A stretch of DNA of 64,000 nucleotides from Spirochaetaceae bacterium (lineage in GTDB: Bacteria; Spirochaetota; Spirochaetia; DSM-2461): assembly GCA_965224705.1 (NCBI GenBank), contig OZ245056.1, positions 160,001-224,000 on the forward strand, in the 5' to 3' direction. Under the pieces are notes generated by a model. That model did no database searches. It was not told where the DNA came from and saw only the letters and a program-made list of their open reading frames with translations. Shown here one piece after another: positions 53,368-62,625 of the stretch. Both the position numbers and the translations under genes were made by a program. Numbering within the stretch: position 1 is the stretch's first letter; each line of letters starts with the position of its first letter.

Positions 53368-54078
53368 TCAGCGGTATTCCCGATTTATAATCCAGGCCGC
53401 ATAATGAGCCAGGAAAATGAGACTGACAAAGTAGAGAATATCTCGTGAGTCAATAATCCCCCGGCTGATGTTGGCAAAGTGATAACCTGTTCCCAGATTC
53501 TGTAAAACATTCCCCAGACCGGAAGGAATAAGGACAAGCATTTTATTCACAATGGATAAAAACAGACAGGTAACAGCCCCAATAATAAAAGCGACAATCT
53601 GATTTCGAGTGGCTGAAGAAGCCAGTATGCCTATGCCCACATAGGCCGCCGATAGAAGCAATCCTCCAAGATAGCCGCCGATTACCGGTCCCCAATCCAA
53701 CTCTCCCATAAAGGAGATGAAGATTGGATATGAAAAGGTGGATAACAGCATACATATAACGAATGCCAGCGAAGACAGACTTTTGCCAATCACAATATCC
53801 CCGGTAGTAACGGGCAGCGTTCCCAGAATTTCCATGGATCCGCTTCGGTACTCCTCAGAGAACAACCTCATGGTGATGGCCGGAATAGTGAAGCTCAGGA
53901 TGATCGGCAGCAGGTTGAAGAAGTCTCGTAAATCGGCCCGGGCAGAAAGAAAGAATGTCGAGAAAAAGAACCAGCCAGTGACGAGAAGATAAAGCGTGAG
54001 CAGGATGTAAGCACCGGGAGAGTAAAAAAAAGAAACAAATTCACGCAAAAAGATTGTCCGGGTTTGTTTTAAATTCAT
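53368..54078 (-). CDS. GldF-like ABC permease
   Basis: PAITMRLFSEEYRSGSMEIL, ASSATRNQIVAF and RGIIDSRDILYF motifs. Confidence 0.92.
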   Translation of the reverse strand: MNLKQTRTIFLREFVSFFYSPGAYILLTLYLLVTGWFFFSTFFLSARADLRDFFNLLPIILSFTIPAITMRLFSEEYRSGSMEILGTLPVTTGDIVIGKSLSSLAFVICMLLSTFSYPIFISFMGELDWGPVIGGYLGGLLLSAAYVGIGILASSATRNQIVAFIIGAVTCLFLSIVNKMLVLIPSGLGNVLQNLGTGYHFANISRGIIDSRDILYFVSLIFLAHYAAWIINREYR

Positions 54079-55007
54079 TGGGATACCTCCGTTGTCAACT
54101 CTCTGAAGATGTTTTCAAGTGACTGCTTCTCCTGAACCATTTCCAGCAGCGACCAATCGCTGTTCTTTACCGTACTGTAAATCATTTCCCGCATATCTTC
54201 CGAGCCTTTTACTTCTACAGCGAGTTCACCCGCATCGTCATTTATAGAATGAGATACAATGCCATCCAGGGAATCAAAAGTTGTTTTCACCTCTTTCGGA
54301 TCTGCATTTTTGAGTCGAAGATGCAAAATACGTTCCTCCACCAGAGAAGCCTTTAAACTGTCGGCAGAACCATCAGCGACAACCTTTCCCTTATTGATAA
54401 TCACCACCCGGTCACAGGTTGCCTCAGCTTCACTGAGGATATGAGTCGAAAAAATGATAGTCTTTTCCCTGCCGATTTCTCTTATTATATTCCGAATCTC
54501 GGCAATCTGGTTGGGATCCAGACCTGATGTCGGTTCATCCAGAACCAGTATTGGGGGATCATCCATCAATGCAAGGGCAAGACCGACACGTTGACGGTAG
54601 CCCTTGGACAGACTTGATATTGATTTATGCATGACTTCACGAATACTGCATAGATTCGACAGCTTCCTTAAACGAGGCATCTTTCCGGCAGGGTCAATGC
54701 CTCGAATATCGGCAATGAAACTGAGATAGTCATAAACGATCATATCAGAATAAAGAGGTGCCGATTCGGGTAAATAACCCATCTGCGCTTTTACTTTTTG
54801 CGGTTCCTGTGTTACATCGCAATCATCAATCCGTATGCTCCCCTTATTGGACAGTAGATATCCAGTCATGATTCTCAAGGTTGTTGATTTGCCAGCACCA
54901 TTTGGTCCAAGAAGCCCGAGTATTTCTCCATGAGGGATATCAAAGCTCAGATCGTCCACAGCCAATGTGTTTCCATACCATTTGGTGAGGTTTTGGATAC
55001 TTATCAT
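54075..55007 (-). CDS. GldA-like ABC ATP-binding protein
   Basis: GPNGAGKST, LSKGYRQR and LDEPTSGLDP motifs. Confidence 0.95.
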   Translation of the reverse strand: MISIQNLTKWYGNTLAVDDLSFDIPHGEILGLLGPNGAGKSTTLRIMTGYLLSNKGSIRIDDCDVTQEPQKVKAQMGYLPESAPLYSDMIVYDYLSFIADIRGIDPAGKMPRLRKLSNLCSIREVMHKSISSLSKGYRQRVGLALALMDDPPILVLDEPTSGLDPNQIAEIRNIIREIGREKTIIFSTHILSEAEATCDRVVIINKGKVVADGSADSLKASLVEERILHLRLKNADPKEVKTTFDSLDGIVSHSINDDAGELAVEVKGSEDMREMIYSTVKNSDWSLLEMVQEKQSLENIFRELTTEVSQ

Positions 55008-55255
55008 TCTTCCTCCAAGTATTCCCTGCTATCTGCATCAATGTGGTTCCTTCACCATGTATCCAGGAACGATTCAGCAGAATAATGAGTTTTTGATATT
55101 CTTAAAATATTGGCAGTATTCTGACAAGTAGGTTTGTACCAGTCTTACAAGATAGTAATACGGGTTTGTGCAGTAGCAATTTTTGATCCGCTGTATGGCC
55201 GAGCGGAATAGAAGTGTTTGTCCGAAACCCGGCAGCCGAAATTCAGATTACTGTA

Positions 55256-55583
55256 AGGCGCCTCTAAAAAACCCGCTTTCGGAATCTGGCGCAGAGATTT
55301 TTCACTGATACAAGGAGTCTGTCGGACTTTAAGACTTCGAGGCGATTTTTGATGATTTTTTCCTGATGCAAGGCGACAAAAACGGAGCGTAGCTGGGCTA
55401 CGTGAGTATTTTGGCAACACAGCAGCAGGTAAAAAGGGCAAAAATCGAGCCGTGAGGCGTAAGTCCGACAGACTCCAAGGCAACAGAAGCGGAGCGCAGC
55501 CGGGCTGCGTGAGCATTTTGGCAGCGCAGCAGCAGTGGTAAAGATCAAGCCAGAAACGGAATGGATGTTTTTTGAGATGCCCT
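55256..55583. mobile_element. Outer MITE-like element hosting a nested element
   Basis: Imperfect terminal IR AGGCGCCTCTAAAAAAC ... GTTTTTTGAGATGCCCT, flanked on both sides by GTA; internal TCTGGC / GCCAGA pairing. Confidence 0.6.
55314..55476. mobile_element. Non-autonomous inverted-repeat element, copy 2 (163 bp)
   Basis: Same 16-bp terminal IR and body as 28653-28940; flanked by AA on both sides. Confidence 0.85.
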
Positions 55584-55713
55584 GTAAAAACTCTGGAGAA
55601 TTCTTCTTGACTTCCATACTTCCCTCTCATTATACTCTATCCGGGTGAGGGCTGAAGCCGTACTCTACTGCTTCACCGTCGCTACTATTTATATATTTTC
55701 GTGAGGATCCCAG

Positions 55714-55983
55714 ATGACTGTCAAACCTCTGCAGGACCGTGTCCTGATTAAGGTTGAAGAGGCCGAAACCGTAACAGCCTCCGGCCTTTACATTCCCGAC
55801 ACAGCCCAGGAAAAAACCCAGACCGGTACCGTTGTTGCCATTGGAGACAACAAAGAAAAGATTACCGTAAAGGTTGGGGACAAAGTAATGTATGACAAGT
55901 ACGCAGGTACCAATGTCAGCATTGATGATGTCGACCACCTAATTGTCAAGGGCACCGATATTCTGGCTGTTGTCAGCAATTAG
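55714..55983 (+). CDS. groES: Co-chaperonin GroES
   Basis: [29 protein letters not shown] and DILAV motifs. Confidence 0.98.
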   Translation: MTVKPLQDRVLIKVEEAETVTASGLYIPDTAQEKTQTGTVVAIGDNKEKITVKVGDKVMYDKYAGTNVSIDDVDHLIVKGTDILAVVSN

Positions 55984-56223
55984 CTGCAATGAGGGGTCAC
56001 TTTAAAGGCTGCCTTCAAAAACTTATTTCTGGTATCTGAAGCAGAGGTTTTCACAGATGCAGGGTGATGAAACAAAGCACGGTACGAATGTGCGGCCATT
56101 TTGCCAACACTGCAGCAGTGAAAAGTTCAACCTGGAACCGGAATGGAAGTTTTCAGGCAGGAACCTGAATGAGTGCCCCTCATTTTACGCTTCCCTCCAG
56201 AACTGTTTCTGTCCCCACGGCAT

Positions 56224-57198
56224 TCACACGGTATTCTTGAGAGCTTTTACATACTGAAGACGATGGTAGTAATCCTCCATTTCATCACCTTTGAAGCTCA
56301 ATCGGCCTCGAAAATCATCAAGACTATTGAAGTTATGAGATTCCATCCAACCCATCAAGCCATTGAGTATCTTTCTCAAAACACCTGACTTGTGACGGTA
56401 GATGGCACTGCAGATCTGAATTGTCTGCCCTCCTGCCAGCAGCACTTTGACAGCTCCTTCTTCATCATAGATCCCGGTAGAAGCAGACAGTTCTATTCCA
56501 GACGTATCGGACAGGATACCAATCCAGCGAAGTACAGTTCCGAATTCCTCCGCCGACGAAAGCGAATTACCAGACTTAAACTCCAGTTTCTCAATATCGA
56601 TATCCATTCTATAAAATCGGTTAAACAGAGTAAGGGCATTGGCTCCTGCCTCCTTCAAGGCATTGGCCAGATGGGGTAGAGCTGTAAATCCTGGTCCGAT
56701 TTTCACTGCCAGAGGAATACTCACTGTTTCCCTCGCAAGCGAAACCATATTGATTAGCCTGTCTTCTATTGACTTTGCATCCGTTCCAGAATCCAGGGCA
56801 ATTGGTGAAAGATTCAGTTCAATGCCGTCAGCTCCCACACCGGCAATCCGTTCAGTATAATCCACCCACCAGCGGGGGCTGTAGCAGTTAAGGCTGGCAA
56901 TAACAGGAATATCCACCGAATTAACACTTTCTTCAACAAATTCAAGATAACGGTCGGGTTCAAGCAGCATATTCATTCTCTCAACATAATCCAGGGCTTC
57001 GGGGTGTATATTATAGTCAATCTCAACACTGGAATTGGCTCCTGCAATATCCTCTTCAAACAATGAAGTAAGAACAACCGCACCGGCCCCTGCCTTGAAT
57101 GCCTTCTTAACTCCTTTGATATTGGCCGTGAGAGGAGATGCAGAAACGATGAGAGGATTGGGAAGAGATAGACCCATGTATGTTGTCCTGATATCCAT
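56224..57198 (-). CDS. Dihydroorotate dehydrogenase-like flavoprotein
   Basis: YMGLSLPNPLIVSASP, SLFEE, PLAVKIGP, LFNRFY and ASTGI motifs. Confidence 0.85.
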   Translation of the reverse strand: MDIRTTYMGLSLPNPLIVSASPLTANIKGVKKAFKAGAGAVVLTSLFEEDIAGANSSVEIDYNIHPEALDYVERMNMLLEPDRYLEFVEESVNSVDIPVIASLNCYSPRWWVDYTERIAGVGADGIELNLSPIALDSGTDAKSIEDRLINMVSLARETVSIPLAVKIGPGFTALPHLANALKEAGANALTLFNRFYRMDIDIEKLEFKSGNSLSSAEEFGTVLRWIGILSDTSGIELSASTGIYDEEGAVKVLLAGGQTIQICSAIYRHKSGVLRKILNGLMGWMESHNFNSLDDFRGRLSFKGDEMEDYYHRLQYVKALKNTV

Positions 57199-57438
57199 AA
57201 GGCACTTTAACGAGATATCAGACAGTATGTCTATTACCAGTTTAGAATGATGTAGAAGTATTGAGCTGTTATATCAGGTATAAATCTTCACCTAACCGAT
57301 TTTAGATGAAACCACTTTCGTTCATGGCTGTTTGATTTTTCATTGGCATTTTAGCTGCAGCATTCCAAAAAATCTCCTTCCCATCTCAAGAAAAATCAGC
57401 TATGGTTTAGCATAGAATATCAACCCTGGAGATTGAAT

Positions 57439-60426
57439 ATGCGTTTCGGAAAATGGATGGATCTGGTTTCGGGAGTTTTGACAAAGGGCCTGCTTCTTAT
57501 GATCGGCGGGCTATTTTTCTCAGGGGCGGCTTTGTTTGCCCAGAACAGGCGGGTGGCCCTGGTTATCGGTAACAGCGCCTATGAGCATGTGACGCCGCTG
57601 AATAATCCCATCAACGATGCCCAGGACATTGGGGTAACTCTGGAGAATCTGGGATTCACGGTGAGCCGGGTGCTGGATGCCAGCAAGGGCGATATTCAGC
57701 GAGCGGTGGACGAGTTCAAGGATCAGGCTTCCCAGAGAGGAACAGAGATGGCTCTGTTCTACTACTCCGGGCATGGGGTGGAATACGAGGGGATTAACTA
57801 CATTGTGCCGGTGTCGGCGGATATCAGCGACAGCTACGCCCTGATTGACCAGGCTGTTAGTCTGGAGAGGGTGGTGAACGCCATGGAACAGGGGCGTTCC
57901 GAGTTCAACATGGTGGTGCTGGATGCCTGCCGGGACAATCCCTTCTTTAAGAGCCGCGGCGGGGGCCGGGGGCTGGCGGCGATGAGCGGCGGAAGCAAGG
58001 GGAGCATGATTGTGTTCGCCACCAGTCCCGGGGATGTGGCCGCCGATGGGGTGGGGCGCAACAGTCCCTTCACCAGGGCCTTCATTGAGCACGCCGCCAC
58101 GCCGGGACTGGAGTTGAGCACGCTGATGCGGAAGGTGACCGGCACGGTGAAGGACGCAACGGGAGGGCGGCAGACCCCGTGGTTCAACGCCTCCTACAGC
58201 GGGGATATGTATCTGGGGGCGGTGGAAGAACTGACCAATGCCGCGGCCCGGGCCGGAACGGTTAACCTGGAAATAGCGGCCCTTGAGGCCGAAATCGCCC
58301 AGCGGGAAGAGGCCATCGCCGCTGCCCGCGACCGGACCGAGAGGATACGCCTGGAGGCTGAGCAGCAGCGGGCCCGTGCCGAAGAGGCGGCCCGGCGGAT
58401 GCAGGCCGAACAGCTCACCGAAATCGCCCTGAGGGCCAGGGAGGCCATTGATCAGAAAGAGGCTGACGCGGCCCTGCGCCGTCAGATGGAAGAACAGCTT
58501 GCCACCGAGAGGGTCCGCTTATCCGAGCAGGCCCAGGAGAGACGGGCCCGCCTTGAGGATCTTAAAAAAACCGGCGGCGGGGGACTTGGGGCGTGGGAGC
58601 AGCTCAAAACCATCGCCAGCCTGGTTCAGGCCGTCGCGGACATTGAGGAGCGCTTTGATGCCGCCATGGCGGCCATGGAAAAGGAGGTGGATGCCCTCTA
58701 CGACCAGCAGGCCGCGGCGGTGCGGGAGAACAACCCTAAGGAACCCTTTGAAACCCAGGAGGAATACGAGGCCCACATTGACGAACTGACTGCCGAAATA
58801 CGGGTTCGGCAAGAGGCGGAGATAGCAAAGCGGCGCGATGATCTTGGGGGCAGCCGTGAAACGGAATTAAGCGGCCTTAAGGAGCAGATGGCCCTGGCCC
58901 GGGCGGAACTGGGGCAGAGCCGCTTTGTTCTGGGGGCCGGTACCACCACGGTGACGGTGGCCCCCTTCAGTGCGGAAGACAAGAGCTTTCCCATGGAGGT
59001 GGAGGCCAGGCATGAGGAGCTGGCCTTCAGTATCCCGGTGTCCTACACGCTCAGTGGAACAAGCCGGGACGCGTTGAGAGACGAGTACTACCGGATCTAC
59101 CGTGCCGACCGTTCCGGCGGGCTGGCGGGGGAGCTTTCCTACAGGGCCTTTGAGCTGTCCCCCAACATCTGGGTTCTTCAGCCGACGGAAACCCGGGTGG
59201 TGAACCTTCTGGAAAACGACGCGGTGCTGACCGGTTCCCGCCAGTCAGGAGGGGCCATGGTGCTGAGCACGGAAAGGAAGCTGGAGAAGCTGGCGGCGGT
59301 GCTGCGTCTGGAATCGGGGGTGGCCGGGGAGGAGGCCGTGTTGAAGCTGGATGGAAAGGCCGTGGGGAAAACACCCTACACTCTGGGCGTCGATGAAACC
59401 CGGCTGGGTACGACCCGGGCAGAATTTGAGTGGCCCGATGGCCGCCGTCTGGCCTACAGCATACCCATCAACCGGGGGGTGAACGCGGCGGCAGTGGCCC
59501 TGCCGGAGAGACTGGAACGGCGGGGAATGGCGCTGTTCAGCGGCCTGCCGGTAGACACCGAGGTAGAACTGGCCGGAACCACGAAGCAGGCGGACGAAGG
59601 GCTGGCGATATTCACCCTGCCCGAAGGCCGCCACAGCTACAGCCTGTCGGGCTACTGGCTGATGAAACCGGGCAGCGGGGAGCTGGAGATTTCCAGCATG
59701 GATTCCCCGCTGGTGAACGTGGGCCTGGCGGAGGCTCAAACCTCGGTGGCCGGAGAAATCGCCCTGCCGCTGGGCGAAGATCTGCCCAAAAAGGTGGAGA
59801 TGGATGTCCGTTTTTACAGTCTGGACGGCAGGGAGGCGGCGGCGCAAGCCGAGTACAGAGACGGAGTTCTGGTGGCCCGTTTAGAGGAGGGCGAATACCA
59901 GATGGCCCTCAGCCGAAGCGACGACCCCTACCTTGCCGTGGTTAAACCGACTCAGGTTAGGGGTCAACAAAAAATCGAGGAAGGACTCACTGAATTGCCG
60001 CTTTCGGCCCGCTATAGGCTGGAGACGGCCCGGGCCAATCTAGAGCGGACGGAGAAGAAGATGGCCCGGCGCAAACCGCGCAATACTCTTGGAGGTGTGC
60101 TTCTGGGAACAGGCGTTCTGGGCTTGGGTGCGGTGGTTCTCAGTGCCCTTATGGGCGAAGAAGCCAGGGCGGCCTATGAGGGGGCATCTTCCACGGCGGG
60201 TTTAACCGCTGCACGGGGGGAATTGGAAATCTGGAACGGGGTGTTTATTGCCGGGGCCATCGCGGGGGGTGTTGGAACGGCCCTGGGCACGGGGCTTCTG
60301 GTTTTTGGTCCCAGTAAGAATGAACTCAGGGTTCAGCGCGATGAGTTCAGGGATAAGATAATTCTCTACGAGGATGAGTACCGGGGTCTTCTGTCCCAAC
60401 AGCCGCTTTACGGGAGAACGAAATGA
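57439..60426 (+). CDS. Exported caspase-domain (peptidase C14) protein with coiled coil, PEGA-like beta domains and C-terminal hydrophobic segments
   Basis: Signal peptide, RVALVIGNSAY, LNNPINDA, catalytic YYSGHG and LDACRDNP, ATSPGDVAADG...NSPFT, QTPW. The GGAG RBS fits ATG 57439 (the ORF track uses TTG 57433). Confidence 0.9.
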   Translation: MRFGKWMDLVSGVLTKGLLLMIGGLFFSGAALFAQNRRVALVIGNSAYEHVTPLNNPINDAQDIGVTLENLGFTVSRVLDASKGDIQRAVDEFKDQASQRGTEMALFYYSGHGVEYEGINYIVPVSADISDSYALIDQAVSLERVVNAMEQGRSEFNMVVLDACRDNPFFKSRGGGRGLAAMSGGSKGSMIVFATSPGDVAADGVGRNSPFTRAFIEHAATPGLELSTLMRKVTGTVKDATGGRQTPWFNASYSGDMYLGAVEELTNAAARAGTVNLEIAALEAEIAQREEAIAAARDRTERIRLEAEQQRARAEEAARRMQAEQLTEIALRAREAIDQKEADAALRRQMEEQLATERVRLSEQAQERRARLEDLKKTGGGGLGAWEQLKTIASLVQAVADIEERFDAAMAAMEKEVDALYDQQAAAVRENNPKEPFETQEEYEAHIDELTAEIRVRQEAEIAKRRDDLGGSRETELSGLKEQMALARAELGQSRFVLGAGTTTVTVAPFSAEDKSFPMEVEARHEELAFSIPVSYTLSGTSRDALRDEYYRIYRADRSGGLAGELSYRAFELSPNIWVLQPTETRVVNLLENDAVLTGSRQSGGAMVLSTERKLEKLAAVLRLESGVAGEEAVLKLDGKAVGKTPYTLGVDETRLGTTRAEFEWPDGRRLAYSIPINRGVNAAAVALPERLERRGMALFSGLPVDTEVELAGTTKQADEGLAIFTLPEGRHSYSLSGYWLMKPGSGELEISSMDSPLVNVGLAEAQTSVAGEIALPLGEDLPKKVEMDVRFYSLDGREAAAQAEYRDGVLVARLEEGEYQMALSRSDDPYLAVVKPTQVRGQQKIEEGLTELPLSARYRLETARANLERTEKKMARRKPRNTLGGVLLGTGVLGLGAVVLSALMGEEARAAYEGASSTAGLTAARGELEIWNGVFIAGAIAGGVGTALGTGLLVFGPSKNELRVQRDEFRDKIILYEDEYRGLLSQQPLYGRTK

Positions 60427-61862
60427 GTGTGAGGAAATGGGTGATTCCGGTGCTGATGGCCGCGGCGGGTTTGCTGGTCTCCTGTCCCGGGGATATTTTG
60501 AAGAATCTGGATAATCCCATGGATCCGAAGGCTTCCTCCTATCAGGGTTATCATACGGTGGAGGGTGCGGATGAGGTGGAGGCGCATACGCCGACCTATG
60601 GCGGAAGTCTTGTGTTACAGCGTTTCATTATCAGCGAGGCATTAGAGGCGGAAGCCTACCACCTGCAGATAGCCTCTTCTGCGGATTTTGGGAATGCGCT
60701 TTATGATGGGGACAGCCATACCGCCAACATCATGCTGGCCGATGCGCCGCTTTCTTTGAACACCGATTACTACTGGCGGGGCCGGGCAAAGCAAGGCGGC
60801 CAGTGGGGAAAGTGGACCGATGGGTGGAAATTCACCATGACCACCATTGGCGGCCTAAGCCCCGCCGATGGGAGTTTCACCACGGACACCACGCCGACGC
60901 TGAGTTGGGATGCGGTACCGGGTGCGGCAAGTTACGAGTTACGTATAGCCGACAGCGAGTCCGGTTTAACCAGTGCATCATCGGACATTGTAACAGGCAC
61001 CACCCACACGCCGGCATCGGCCTTGACGGACGGGCAGACCTATTACTGGCAGGTGAGGGCAAAGGATGGGGCTGGACAGTTTGGGGCCTGGAGTGCGGTT
61101 CAAAGTCTGAATGTGGCGGCAGTTCCCCAGGGCTTTGTCTACGTAGTAGGCGGAACCTTCCAGATGGGCAGCACCAACAGCGATGCTGAATCGAATGAAA
61201 GCCCGGTGCACAGCGTAACGGTGAATTCGTTTTACATGGCCGAAACGGAGGTGACCTTTGATCAATACGATGCGTACTGTGCTGCTACTGGTGCTAATCA
61301 GCCTGACGATGGGGGCTTTGGTCGGGGGAACCGTCCGGTGATGAATGTGACTTGGTATGACGCAGTGAATTACTGTAATTGGCTGAGCGGGCAAGAGGGC
61401 TTAACCCCTGCCTATGAGGTAAACGGAACAGCCGTGAGCTGGAACCAGAGTGCCAATGGCTATCGATTGCCAACGGAGGCCGAGTGGGAATATGCGGCGC
61501 GGGGAGGGAGCCAGTCACAGGGATATAAGTATGCTGGGAGTAACGATGTGGATGAAGTGGGCTGGTATAAGGATAATTCCGGGAGTAAGCCCCAACCGGT
61601 GAAGGGCAAGAAGGCCAATGAACTGGGACTGTATGATATGAGCGGGAATGTATATGAGTGGTGCTGGGACTGGTATGATAATTATAGTTCTGGTTCTCAG
61701 ACCAATCCCACAGGGCCATCCAGCGGGTCGAAGAGGGTGTCGCGCGGCGGGAGCTGGGGTAGCCACGGTGTCCGTCCCCCGCAGTCGGTGTATCGTGGCC
61801 GCCTTTCGCCCGGCGATAGCCGCGACAGCCTCGGCTTCCGCCCCGTTCGGAGGACCAATTAG
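60423..61862 (+). CDS. Lipoprotein with Fn3-like domains and C-terminal FGE-sulfatase (SUMF1/CLec-fold) domain; probable DGR target
   Basis: Lipobox LLVSC, two YYW(R/Q)xRA Fn3-like repeats, GGTFQMG, EVTFDQY, YRLPTEAEWEYAARGG, NELGLYDMSGNVYEWC and RGGSW...GFR motifs. Confidence 0.92.
   Translation: MSVRKWVIPVLMAAAGLLVSCPGDILKNLDNPMDPKASSYQGYHTVEGADEVEAHTPTYGGSLVLQRFIISEALEAEAYHLQIASSADFGNALYDGDSHTANIMLADAPLSLNTDYYWRGRAKQGGQWGKWTDGWKFTMTTIGGLSPADGSFTTDTTPTLSWDAVPGAASYELRIADSESGLTSASSDIVTGTTHTPASALTDGQTYYWQVRAKDGAGQFGAWSAVQSLNVAAVPQGFVYVVGGTFQMGSTNSDAESNESPVHSVTVNSFYMAETEVTFDQYDAYCAATGANQPDDGGFGRGNRPVMNVTWYDAVNYCNWLSGQEGLTPAYEVNGTAVSWNQSANGYRLPTEAEWEYAARGGSQSQGYKYAGSNDVDEVGWYKDNSGSKPQPVKGKKANELGLYDMSGNVYEWCWDWYDNYSSGSQTNPTGPSSGSKRVSRGGSWGSHGVRPPQSVYRGRLSPGDSRDSLGFRPVRRTN
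61725..61862 (+). repeat. Putative DGR variable repeat (VR)
   Basis: RV.RGGSW...R......LGFR segment in which the non-conserved codons nearly all end in C/T, as expected from AAY template codons. No cognate TR seen in the window. Confidence 0.6.
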
Positions 61863-61868
61863 CTTTTG

Positions 61869-62098
61869 GTTTTTTACCTTTCGCAGAAAAGTACCCGGTA
61901 GCATGAAGTTCGGAAAAAGCCCCGCAGGGGCAAAAAAGCGCCAACGGCGCAAAGGATGTCCCCATGCCGCAGGCAAATGCGGGACATTGCGGGCCGAGGG
62001 CCCGCTGATTTTAGGGCAGGAAGGGTAAAAAGAATGGTCAGTGCCTGATGGCATGAAGGAGGTCGGCAGGCATAAGCAGGCCCGCCGCCGAGAGGCGG
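61869..62098 (+). other. Cluster of GC-rich short-loop hairpins downstream of the VR
   Basis: GCCCC-GCA-GGGGC (61919), GCGCC-AAC-GGCGC (61938), TGCC-GCA-GGCA (61965), GCGGGCC-GAG-GGCCCGC (61989), CCGCC-GAGA-GGCGG (62085). Confidence 0.75.
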
Positions 62099-62165
62099 AA
62101 AAAATTTTTTTGGATATTCGGGATAATGCTTACAGGATTAGCTCCTTTTAAGAAGAGGCGGAGAA

Positions 62166-62625
62166 ATGCTGAATTACAGACTGTTCAGTGTGCCGGTTAA
62201 CGCGCCCCAGGACGAAATGCGGGAGTTGAACAAATTTCTAAAGCGGCCACCGCATCATGCAGGTGGATAAAACTCTGGCAACAGATGGCGGATCCAGCTT
62301 CTATGTGTTCTGCATCGCTTACGATGAAAAAAATCCCCAGCATAGCGCGAACAGCAGGAATGCTGTGGATTATAAGGAAGTTTTGAACGATGAAGATTTT
62401 GCTGTGTTCAGTAAGCTGCGGGAGCTGCGGAAGGAATGCGCCGAGCAATTCGGCAGGCCCGTGTATGCTGTGTTTACCAATGAACAGTTGGCTAAAATGG
62501 TCACTGGAAAGGTCTATAAGCCTGAGGAAATGCGGAAAATCGACGGCATAGGAGAGTCCAAGATGGCTGATTATTCAAAGCGGTTCCTGGATTTTCTCCA
62601 GTCCGTATACAGCCTGGAACCATGA
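62166..62625 (+). pseudogene. HRDC-domain DGR accessory gene, frameshifted
   Basis: ATG 62166 gives MLNYRLFSVPVNAPQDEMRELNKFL; after one extra A near 62240-62242 the +1 frame continues SGHRIMQVDK...VDYKEVL...FSKLRELRK...PVYAVFTNEQL...IDGIGESK (HRDC motif). Confidence 0.8.

Noticed and set aside
55145..55630. 161-aa and 117-aa minus-strand ORFs
   Set aside because: Shadow ORFs across the nested repeat elements, with no transposase motifs.
57520..62054. Numerous long antisense or alternate-frame ORFs within the GC-rich genes
   Set aside because: Expected from stop-codon scarcity at high GC; low-complexity Pro/Arg/His translations overlapping well-supported genes.
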